NCBI RefSeq assembly: GCF_009914755.1
Contig: NC_060925.1
Source of the DNA: the human T2T-CHM13v2.0 reference genome, Homo sapiens
Reading direction: 5' to 3' (one strand)
Length of the DNA: 64,000 nt
Part shown: one piece after another, positions 24,630-35,320 of the stretch
How the letters are laid out: the number at the start of each line of letters is the position of its first letter
Numbering within the stretch: the stretch's first letter is position 1
The notes under the pieces: generated by a model
Database searches by the model: none
What the model was told of the DNA's origin: nothing
The model's input: only the letters and a program-made list of their open reading frames with translations
Position numbers and translations under genes: made by a program

Positions 24630-24850
24630 GAATCATGACTGTTTATTGAGCCCTGTTAGGTGCCAAGCAGTGTGCTAGTTGTAATTCACAAATTATCTTA
24701 ATTCTCATATCTTACAGCCCCCGTTTTACAGATGAGAAAATGGTCGTTCAGTGTTTACAAAATTTAAGGAGGTCTCCACAATTTATAATTACCAGAACCA
24801 GAACATAAATCTGCATTCTTGTGTCCACAGCCTGTGCTGTCTTCACTGCA
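24630..24850 (-). mobile_element. MIR SINE
   Basis: tttattgagc...tgccaagcagtgtgcta...cccgttttacagatgagaaaa. Confidence 0.75.
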
Positions 24851-27041
24851 CTGCTCTGTGACCACTGCTGCCTCTGTTAAAACGTTTCTGCTCATTCAGA
24901 ATGTACATGCCAAACACCCTGGGATGACTCTGTTCAATGGTCCCCGAGTTTGAACATATTAAAAGTTTGCTAGTAATATTTAACATGTTTGTCTTTGAAT
25001 ATCACACAGCCATAAAAGATTGTTGAAAAACTAAATTGACAAGTGATAAATGCAGTCTGATAAAAGATAGATGTAATTGGTTGATTACGAGGGAAAAGTG
25101 ATTCCAGTGAAGTAGCAAAACTCACAGCCTTTCCATAACTAAAACATTAAAACAACAGCAGATTTCTCTCTATGCATTAACACAGTATAGGGGAATAGTT
25201 GTATCCCATTCTTTGCCATTAAGTTCTCCCTAAATTAATTCCTAGAGAAATTATAGGCAAATAGCACCTTCCCTGCAGCACTTTTTTAATGCAGTAAGAT
25301 AAGGATTAAGAAACCCTGTGGCCCAGTAAGAAACCTATTTTGTAGTCTCTTTGTACTGATAAAATTTCTTCTGGCACTGAACTCCCACTGTCAAAAATAC
25401 TACAACATTTTACTAGTTTGCAAAAGATGAAAATGTTACCAGATGTTAAATTCAAGGAGCAAGTTAACAACTTCTGTTTTCAAATGGGTAGGTTTCCATC
25501 TTAAAAAGAAATAAAAAGGGACTCCATTCACCAGCCACAGTATAAAAAAGTCAAGTCATTTCTGACTTGAATTTTATAATTATTTAGTCTCACAGGATTG
25601 AGCTTTTGAATAATGAGATGTGCGCTAATTACCTTAATTCCCAGTAGGCTTTATAAATGCCTTCTTTTGAACCAGAAAGGTTTGAGTTTCCAGAACAAAG
25701 TAATTAAATAACTTTCACTCAGCAACATTATGGCCATAGATAGCACATGCCTTAATGCAGGAAATCTTACCATTATTCATGTGTTATGTATCTTTTGCTC
25801 TTCCATGATGATGTCTCTCCCACCCTGACCTGGCTCCTTAGCATAAAAGGTTTATTGAAATGAAAGCATTTCAGAGGTCATTTTCTCACCTGACTCGTTA
25901 ATCAGGGCTGGCATTTTTATTTAGTCCAGCTATACTCCACGTGAGAAAGATTAGTAGATCAGCAGCCACACAGAAAATGTGAGAAAAGAATAGGAGAAAT
26001 GAATACACTTATCAAGTGAGTGTAGGCCTGTGTTTTTATTAGTCTTTTGATGGATCGCACTGGATACTTGGGGGAAACACACATGTGGTATTTTTCATCT
26101 GTATCCCAGAAGGATTTTTCAATGTTTCACCTTAGGTTCTTCAAAGAATAACTCTTTGATTCAGTAATAGCTATAGAAACCTTCTCCTTTGATATCCAAG
26201 GGTGGTGTGGAACTCTTCTTTTGATTAAGAAGCGCTCAGGCAATTGAAGAACATTACAATAGATGAAATAGGGAGAGGTTGTCAATCATCTTACATTAAG
26301 TCAGGCCTATACTAAAGACAAAATTGAGTTAAGTGTGAAAAAATATTTGATGCTACATATTCAAATATACAGAGTGATTTTTATTCACCCTGTGCAATTC
26401 ATCCTTTCCCTGTTCTTCCTTTATGCTAATTTCAATCCTCATTCTAAACAGTTGGTAGAGACAATATCAAAATTATGAGAGATGAACTCAATATTTTAAC
26501 ATCAGATTGGCAAATTGATAGTTGTTGCTTGAATACGGCATGTATGCTTTTGTTGTAAGTCCTGAAAACTTTAGTTTCAGGGATCCATCTTTCTGTGTCC
26601 ATTAGACTGTCTGTGGTTTTCCGAACACTTGTCCCTTATTACTTGAGATGGGACAGTGAAAATGTATTGTTGAAGATGTTCCAGTACTCCATATGGGAAT
26701 TCAAATAAAGACCGGTTAGTTTGCAAGTATGATTTCGGGATTCTTTAAAATTAACATAGGATACTATTTCAATTACAGATGCTACCTGAAATATTAACAA
26801 TGTTGATGCAGCTCTACTAGCAATAGATACAAGCTTATGTAAAAAATACCCTGTAACCAGGAAGCAATATGTTGATTTTTAAAAAAAACTATATTGGAAC
26901 AGAGAAGTTAAAGCTGCAATTATGCAACACCACTGATGCAATGATTTTCAAATCAAATATGGGTTTTATGCCAGTGATTCTACATGCAGACCTGTGCACT
27001 TCTCTGCTGAACTCCAGACCCTCTACTACTGTGTCACGATT

Positions 27042-27141
27042 GTCTCCTCCTGCCCTTCTTCCCTTCCTTTTCTCCCTCTTCCTCCCTCTTCTCTCCTTCC
27101 TGCTTTCTGCTTCTCTCTTCTTTCTTTCTTGCTTTCTTCTC
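27042..27141. repeat. CT-rich low-complexity tract
   Basis: About 100 nt almost exclusively C/T. Confidence 0.8.
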
Positions 27142-27329
27142 TAAATAAAAACTGAACTCTTAGTTTGTACCCATAATTATGCTATGGGATATAAAACAAT
27201 AAATAAGGCATTCCTGGAATTTGAAACCTAAAGGGGAGCCATGTTAAAGTTGATTTTGTCCATACATATACATTATAATAGGTATAAGTGGCAGACACAA
27301 TTTTCCCACAGAAACCTGATCCTTTTGTT

Positions 27330-28200
27330 TTCTTTTTCTCTCCATTATTGGAACTCCCATCCGTCAAATCACACAAACATGAAATCCAGGAGTTCTAGGC
27401 TCTTTCCTCTCTCCTTAAACATCCAGTCTCTAAACTAGTTAAGTCAATTATACCACCTTAATGAGTGTTTGGTCAGTTTTTTTTTCTGTTTATTTCCCCT
27501 GCTCCTATCTGTAGGCTGTCATTATTCTTTCATCCATATTTCAATAATTATAAAACTAGCCTCTCTTTCTTCAGTGTGTCTTTCTCCAGTACAACCTTCA
27601 TATTCATTTTTCATTATCAAATACATACTGAGTGCCTATTAGTGCCAGACACTGTGCTGGAATTCTTTTCAACACACATATCTTATACTGTCTCCCCTTT
27701 TCCCAAGCTTATAAACTTTTGATGGGTTGTCATAGCCTTTGGAATAAATGTCAGACTCTGAAGCATGGTATATACAGTCCTTCAACACAGGCTTCAACTT
27801 CTTCTTTTTCTTCTTATTTTTCTTTTAGTTTTTTTTTCTACCTCTCACTAGTCAGCCTTTACCACAATTTCTTACCATATCAAACCTTTTCATTACTCTG
27901 AATCTTTTCAAATACTGGCTCCTGTGATTCTCACCTATTCTTCAATTGACAAATTTCTCCTTATTCTTTAAGACCTAATTTTAACTCTTCCATCCTCATT
28001 GAAGCTTATCCTGACTTTTCCACCATGTTTATACCTCTGTTTTTCACTCTTATGTTTACCATCATTAATGTCACTTGCATTAGATACTGGGCTCTTTGAG
28101 TCCAGAGATCGTGCCTCATTTATTCTTGGGTCCCAATGTCTATGTCATTACTACTGCATACTAGATGCCCGTAAAAAACCGAACACATGGCTCAGTGACT
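27330..28200 (+). mobile_element. Fragmented L2 (with a short opposite-strand L2 end near 27600-27720)
   Basis: ggaataaatgtcagactctgaagcatgg...tattctttaagacctaa...tgaagcttatcctgac...gggctctttgagtccagagatcgtgcctcatt; boundaries approximate. Confidence 0.55.
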
Positions 28201-29679
28201 TAATTAACCAACATTTAGCTTGTTTTCATTTATCAAACAATCAATTGTCAAATGTTCCTTCACAAGATGACAGTTTAACTGGTAAAAGATATTATTTTAT
28301 TATTGATTTTAAAATAAATACCTTATGAAAGTAGAAACATAGAATCAGTGCCACACATAAACTGTTAGGTTATGGAAGTTTATCAGGGGAGACTTTTTTT
28401 TTTTTTTTTTTTTTTTGTCCCTTCTATCCTAGTTGGAAGGGATTAAGCTGTTAGTGAACATCTGATGTCTCTGGGAGATACAAGATGAAGACAGACTCAG
28501 GTTAAGTAGTAGTTTTACTTGTCATGCTAAATGAAAAGATGATCTCTGGCTACATAGTATTTAGAATTCATATTTTCTTCCCTTCGGGAATACCTTCCCA
28601 AACTTGCCTGTTTTCTCCTTCAAAACTTGGCACAATATGCTTACAGGTTAAGTTGACTTGTGGAAGTTTTCTGTCATGACTCTATTAAAATTTAATTCAC
28701 ATTATAATATTAGGTATGTACAGTTATGCTGCCTTGATGCTGTTTTCATGATACCTGCGTGCATGCATGTGCTTTTGAATTGGCAAAAGAGACCCACAGT
28801 TCCTTCTCCTTTGAGATACATGGCAGAGATTCAGTACCTATGGAAGAAGGAATGTGATCTCCCTGCTCTCCAAAGATTAGCCACCCAATTGAGGATGCAT
28901 TTCTATTGGTCTATCTGGATAGTCTCTATAGCTTTTTCACTTAGTTGAAAAATTACAATTGTTTGCTGTCTTTTAGAATGTAGGACATAGATTTCATTAA
29001 AAAGTAAATGTAGGGGATGCAGGATTACATTATTGTTGCTCAGAGCCATTCCTATATCACTTGATTGGTATATTACATGTATCTGGTTCATTCAAAAAAA
29101 GGTGGTTGGCCAGGTTCAGGATAAGTGTGTGGTTGAAGCACAAATACGCAGAGCAGGAACAATCTCTCTGTCCTACAGGATTGCTCTCTAAGGTCAATAT
29201 TGCATTTGAAAACAGCTTTGCTTTGAATATGACAGATAGGTTACCCAGAAGACCAGAGGGAATCAGTTGGTTCCTGGAATAAGTAATAAGAACTGAAACA
29301 GTAATCTTTTCAAGTGCAAATTTGACAACTGAGCTATGTCTGACTAATATCGAACATCCATATCGACCTGTTGAGGTCAATAGTTGGGCTTAGTTATGCT
29401 CTGTATTGACTGCTTACATTTTCTAAATGAGAGAGAAATGGCCAAATGGGAAAATTCAATTGCAACTAGAGAAAGGTTTTTTTTTTTTTTTTTAAAGTGG
29501 AATTTAATTTTATATGGTAAATGAAGGCTATCTTTTGAAAATTTGGCATTAGTTTTATTTTGATCTTATGAATTAATCCTATAGAAATCAATGTGTGTTT
29601 AGAGTAAGTGAGGATAGATAAATAGGTATGTATATACAACTATAATACTATGGCCTAAGTTGTTTTTATAAACCAAGAG

Positions 29680-29822
29680 ACAGTGCAGCATAATGACAAA
29701 AGCCTTTGGCTTTGGATCCATAGAGATCTGTGACTAGGCTTTGACTTCTTTTGTTCCAGATTCCATCCTTGGATAAGTGCCTTGAGCTATTTGGTCCTCA
29801 TTTTCTTAATTAATAATAATAA
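29680..29822 (+). mobile_element. MIR SINE fragment
   Basis: cagtgcagcataatgacaaaagcctttggctttgga...ccttggataagtg...cctcattttctt. Confidence 0.6.
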
Positions 29823-30396
29823 TATAGTAGAAGCTCTTTAATCCAATGCAATTAGGACTGTTTTTTGATTAATGAAAAACGTAATTTAAGTGAGAAATCA
29901 TAAAATGACATCTGTACAACACAATTTTAATCTTACCTAGAATGTCTAAAAGTACATTCATTCATTTAGCAGTTTTTTGATGCCAAGCCAATGTCAATTC
30001 TCTAGATAGAGTCTGCAGTCAGCATGAAATTCCTTGACCTAAATAGCCGCAATGTTCTGTATATATTTCTAGTTTTTGTTTATGTAAAGTGGAATAATAA
30101 AGAATCTTGCAAAAGAAACTCAATACAGTGACCTTTGAGATATTTTGCAATTTGTCTCTATTTTTTACATTTGTCATATCTGTACCTAATTCAATAGCAA
30201 TTTATTTTAGCAACCAGCCTTTCTCAAGTCTTATTTAGAAATAAGCCCCTTTTTGTTCTCATATCTTAATATTTAACCAAGTTACACAATGACAATAACA
30301 AGTAGAATGGATAATAAGCAAATATGTAAAGAAATGCAGCTGATTTCTTGCTAAGCACACATCACCGCTGCTGGGAGCAGAAGACCCTTTCTAGAA

Positions 30397-30698
30397 CAGT
30401 GCTGCCATCCCATAGAATATGTGAGCCACATATGTAATTTTACATTTTCTGGAAGCCACATTAAAAAGGAAAGACAAAAGGTGAAACTAATTTTAATAAT
30501 ATATTTAGCTCAATATAGGATATTACTGCAATAGGCAATCAATATAAAATTTATTGAGATACTTACACCCTTTTTTCATAAGAAGTCTTCCAAATCTGGT
30601 GTATATTTCACACTTGCAACGTATCTCGGTTCAGACTAGCACATTTCAAGTGTTCAGTAGTCGCATGTGACTAGTATCTACCATACTGGAAAGCAACA
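30397..30698 (-). mobile_element. MER33 (hAT-Charlie MITE)
   Basis: gagccacatatgtaattttacattttct..agccacattaaaa...ctagcacatttcaagtgttcagtag; TSD ttctagaa/ttctagag. Confidence 0.85.
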
Positions 30699-30943
30699 TT
30701 CTAGAGATTAACCTATTCAAAAGTGACATAAGCTTTAGCCCCTATTTGTGCCAAGGGAATAAACAATATGGTTAATTCCATGAGGCAGATAAGGGAGTAT
30801 TTACAGAGGTAGGTTACACTGGACCTACCTCACGGGCTTGTTATAAGGTTTGGTAACATTGAGAAGCTACTAGGCATCACTGCACTATATGCATTCCATA
30901 TGCCTTGTCATTTAGTCCTCACGAAAGCATTGAGAAACAAGTA

Positions 30944-30999
30944 TTAGGTTGGGGCAAAAGTAATTGCGATTTTTGCCATTACTTTAAATGGCAAAATAA
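30944..30999. mobile_element. MADE1 (Hsmar1 MITE) with most of the right arm deleted, inside a MIR
   Basis: ttaggttggggcaaaagtaattgcgatttttgccattactttaaatggcaaaa-taa flanked by TA. Confidence 0.85.
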
Positions 31000-33598
31000 T
31001 ATTAGTCAGATTTGGAAAACTGGGACTCAGAAGGGTTAACTGGGAGATAGCTTCTCCCAGTTCTGAGAGGCTGAATATATAAAATGAATCAATCTCTCTA
31101 TCTGTCTAATAAACAAATGAGGGGTCTAGATAAGATGGAAATAAGAAGAAGGGGTAGATATCAGCCTGGCAAAGCCTATGACAAAAGAGAAAGAGTTGGT
31201 AGAACAACGCTCCAGGCAGAGACAACAATTTCCTGTGCAAAATTTGAAGACGAAAGAATCTGCCAGGGATAAGGCAATGCAGCAGCTATCAATGTTAGAG
31301 ATGAGAGATTATGAGGGTGAAATCATGATATAAATGTTTATATTTGAAGCTTTTAACCTAAGGCTTAGCATAGAATAAACATAACCATTTAATTCACAAA
31401 TAAACCAGTATATAAAGAACGAAATATACATAACACATGGTATATTTTATTGCTGTTGATATTTTTGGATTTTTCCAAAAGTTTTTGAATGTATGTGACA
31501 ATGAATTATATAAAGTTTTCGCTGAAAACATCCAGGGAAAACTTATTATCAAGGAATTAGGAGCATCTTTGTCAAACTGCACTGCATGATCTTTGACTAC
31601 TCAGACAGCAGTCCAGGAACTTGCAGTAGCTCAGGCCCATCATTATGATCATAGATTATCAGTGAACTGAAAAATGTGCAAGTCCTTGTTAACAGAAATT
31701 CCCAGCTGATAGATTCCTGGGTGATAGTTTACTATTTTGTTTTGTTTCTTTCATTAAATAAAATGCTTTCTTTTTAATATCCATATCCAGGGCTGCCTTG
31801 GAATCAAGAAAAGTTCTTGGAATCAATTTCTAAATGCAAAGCACAACAATTAAACATAAAAATAAGATATGCTTGGGGGCCTATTTTGGTTTGTTTTTAG
31901 CCGCAGCAGTAGCTGATTTTTTTTTCTTTTTTTGTGCTGTCAGGAGACAGTGAATGGTGAACACATGAAAGGTGGCTTTTAAAGTTTTCCTTAAAGAGCC
32001 TCAGCAATGTCATGAAATTGCTTCAGAAGAGGATGGCTCTCTTCAGAAAGCAAGAAAAAGGTAAAAGGGGGATGAAATCAAAGTAAGGGAGAAGGGAAAA
32101 CTTTATAATAAAAGGCTCATATGTAAAGGAATGCCATTTGGATTTAGGGGATGGAATGTGAATAAAAAGAAGAAATGAAGGAATACTGAAGACTATATAA
32201 AACAAAAGGCCTTTGAAGAAGGGACTGACATCCTGAAGAGTGCATAGCTATTTGCTTAAGAAGGAGGCATTGCATTCCATCTAAATGTTCATTTAGACCA
32301 CATAGTAAAATAAAGATAGTAAAATAAAGAATTTACTTCCACTGTGTTTAGTGGATATAGACTTTTGCTTTAGCTCAGAATCTCTCTGTCACACAGAAAA
32401 AGCTCAACCTTAAATTATAGTTTAGAAGATCTACCATGACCATGGCCCTGAATTCAAACCCTAGAACTGACTTTCTGAGAGACCATATGTAGAATCCATT
32501 TGTATTTCTCCCTTTTTAATTCATTGTCACCTTTGGAAAATGGGACTTGTGTTGATGCATTAATTCAAAACCAAGCTCAAGAAAAATGGGGAAAGTTTCA
32601 TAAACATTTTGCAAATGGAAATTGGAAAATAACTCTGGCCTTAATTCCACAAAGACCATATAGGAATGTGGAAATGTTTGAGGTAATGAGAAAAGAAGTT
32701 TGCATTGTACATACAATATGACTACAGCTCAGAAAAAAAGAAGGAATAATTGACACAATAGAGACAATGACTAATTTCTTTCTTTGTGATATAATTCATA
32801 CAATCTTGAAAAGGCAATAGAGTAAAAAACAAATTGTTACACAGTAGTGTCTTCCACCTTCAGTTCGTCAAGTTCTCACCCAACCTACAGTTTGAAAATA
32901 TTGAGGTGGCAGCTTTCTTGTACTCACCATACATCAGAGGGAACCTCTGCTCTGACACAGGGAAGATGAGATGCTGCTTTTTTTTTTTTCCTTTTTCAGT
33001 TCCAGCTCAAAGAAGAGATGAGATTCTTCAGAGAAGAAACTGGGGGCAATTTCATACATTAACATGGCTTTATCCCACTTGTATATACCCATTTCTATTA
33101 ATAACTCCTTTAACCCCAATTTCGGTATAGAATTAAAGCCCAGATCACAAAGAATCTCCTAAGGAGTATGTTTTAAGTAGCTCCAGGAAGATATGCTTCC
33201 CAGTTATTTCAGTTGTTGAGAAGTTATTCTTTTGTCCTAAGAACACCCTTTCCTAAAAGTCTTCTTTTAAAATGTAAATAATCCTAAAGTTATTTACATT
33301 TTAAGGTTATTTAAGAGTGGCAATCTGATGTTAAGAACATTCTGCTTCTTCCTCTCTTAACTCTAGATCTCTCGCCCAGACTACTGCACCCACTGTTCTA
33401 ACCAGACTTCCTGCCTCCAGTTCCTCCACTTTCTAAACTATCTTCTACTATGTCACTCATTCTCTTTCTAAATCTCAGATTAGGTGTAATATTCACATGC
33501 TAAAACCCATTGCCTAGAGCAAATTTTCTTTCAAATTGAGGTCACAATCCTCTTGGCAGATCATAACGGACACAGAATAGAATGAATGGGAATAGAAA

Positions 33599-33678
33599 AT
33601 ATCAGTGTTTCACATATTGAAAGAGTAAATGTTTCATAAATATCAGTGTTTCACAAATTGAAAGGGTAAATGTTTCAC
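33599..33678. repeat. 41-bp tandem duplication (third degenerate copy follows)
   Basis: atatcagtgtttcaca(t/a)attgaaag(a/g)gtaaatgtttca twice. Confidence 0.8.
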
Positions 33679-33730
33679 ACATACCAGCATTTTACAAATT
33701 GAAAAGACAAGTTTTATGTGAAACTTTTTT

Positions 33731-34161
33731 ATTTTATTTTATTTTATTTTTATTATTATACTTTAAGTTTTAGGGTACGTGTGCACAATGTGCAGGTTAG
33801 TTACATATGTATACATGTGACATGCTGGTGCGCTGCACCCACTAACTCGTCATCTAGCATTAGGTATATCTCCCAATGCTATCCCTCCCCCCTCCCCCCA
33901 CCCCACTATTCACAATAGCAAAGACTTGGAACCAACCCAAATGTCCAACAATGATAGACTGGATTAAGAAAATGTGGCACATATACACCATGGAATACTA
34001 TGCAGCCATAAAAAATGATGAGTTCATGTCCTTTGTAGGGACATGGATGAAATTGGAAATCATCATTCTCAGTAAACTATCGCAAGAACAAAAAACCAAA
34101 CACCACATATTCTCACTCATAGGTGGGAATTGAACAATGAGAACACATGGACACAGGAAGG
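33731..34161 (-). mobile_element. L1PA2-like 5'-truncated insertion with 5' inversion
   Basis: 33731-33906 is the minus-strand 3'UTR and tail (GAG, not Ta-specific ACA); 33904-34161 is the plus-strand ORF2 C-terminus (LFTIAKTWNQPKCPTMIDWIKK...SLIGGN*); TSD gaaactttt(atttt). Confidence 0.95.
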
Positions 34162-34274
34162 GAAACTTTTATTTTAATATATGTACCTTTGTATTGGGCT
34201 GCATGTAGAAAGTATTTTTTTTTTTTGTGCACTGTGATAAAAATTCTGAAAGCCATTGGCTTATAAATCACAGT

Positions 34275-34945
34275 TGTATGCCAAAAGTAGAATTCTAAGG
34301 CCCCTTCCCAAACCATCTGAATGGACCCCTCCTCTCTGGCTAAGGCATTCCAAAGTTAACCTGAAAAACTGGTTCAGACCCTGACAAGAAGGGAGGATCC
34401 TACATGCCTCATAATACCCTCCTTCCTTATGGAATTCAGGAAAAGTGGACCAGCACTTAACATCAACACAGACCCTAAATCTGATAAGAAACATATTCAA
34501 TCTATTCTCTCTGAAGTCTACTACCTGGAGGCTCCATCTGCATGATATAAACTTTGGTTTCCACAACCCCTTATTGTAACTCAGACATTCCTTCCTATTG
34601 ATAATAACTCTGTCAAACAATTGCCAATCAGAAAAATTTTATAAATCATCTACTTATAACTGGACCAAACCAGTGTATATCTTATATGTATTAGGTTGGT
34701 GAAAAAGTAATTGCAGTTTTTGACATTACTTTCAATGGCAAAAATGGCGATTATTTTACACCAACCTAATATTTGATTGATGTCTCACATCTCCCTAAAA
34801 TGTGTAAAACTAGGTTGTGCCCCAACCACTTTGGGGACATGTTCTCAGGATCTCCTGAGAGCTGTGTCACGGGCCATTAATTATTCATATTTGGCTCAAT
34901 AAATCACTTCGAATATTTTACAGAGTCTGTCTCTTTTTGTCAACA
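34275..34945 (+). mobile_element. MER4-family (ERV1) solo LTR
   Basis: tgta..ccaaaa..aattctaaggcccc..aaccatctgaatggacccctcctc...tgtcaaca; 4-bp TSD cagt/cagt. Confidence 0.9.
34691..34769. mobile_element. Full-length MADE1 nested in the MER4 LTR
   Basis: ttaggttggtg...caccaacctaa near-palindrome with TA TSD on both sides. Confidence 0.92.
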
Positions 34946-34949
34946 CAGT

Positions 34950-35320
34950 TCATGTTGAGTGTGGCTTAGAGGTCCTTTCACCATTGGCTTCGTCTCTATC
35001 ATCCCAGCCTGTCTTCCCTTCTCCTCATTCCTTTAAATGTTATCTCCCTGAACGTATTTTTATGCCTTTGTGCCTTTTGTTCATGTGTCTACTGCATTTC
35101 TTTGCTTGATGAACCTTAGAGGCCCAATTCAAAGATTACCTTCTCTGTGTTCCTCTGAGGCAGAATTAAGCGCTTCATGTTGTATTTTAAATGTATCTCT
35201 CTCAAAGAACTAAACACACACTGTTGTATTTAGTATATCATCTCTCTACAATTAAAAACTCCTCAGAGAACGGCCTAGGAAAATGTGAAATGCTCAATGT
35301 CCATTGAATAAATGAAACAG
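34950..35320 (+). mobile_element. L2 fragment (continues the L2 near 33370-33515)
   Basis: ttagaggcccaattcaaag.ttaccttctctgtg...tgctcaatgtccattgaataaatgaa. Confidence 0.55.

Larger units (their letters stand above)
33520..34258. mobile_element. Old hAT-Charlie MITE interrupted by L1PA2
   Basis: tttcaaattgaggtcac...aatagaaaatatcag...gaaactttt[L1]...tgaaagccattg; subfamily uncertain. Confidence 0.55.

Noticed and set aside
28395-28416. Poly(T)/poly(A) runs (also about 9718, 9824, 29477, 60897) as possible processed-pseudogene tails
   Set aside because: No adjacent mRNA-like body or TSD recognised
33876-34133. ORF with clear protein homology (also 1249-1482)
   Set aside because: L1 ORF2p C-terminal fragments in truncated insertions, not host genes
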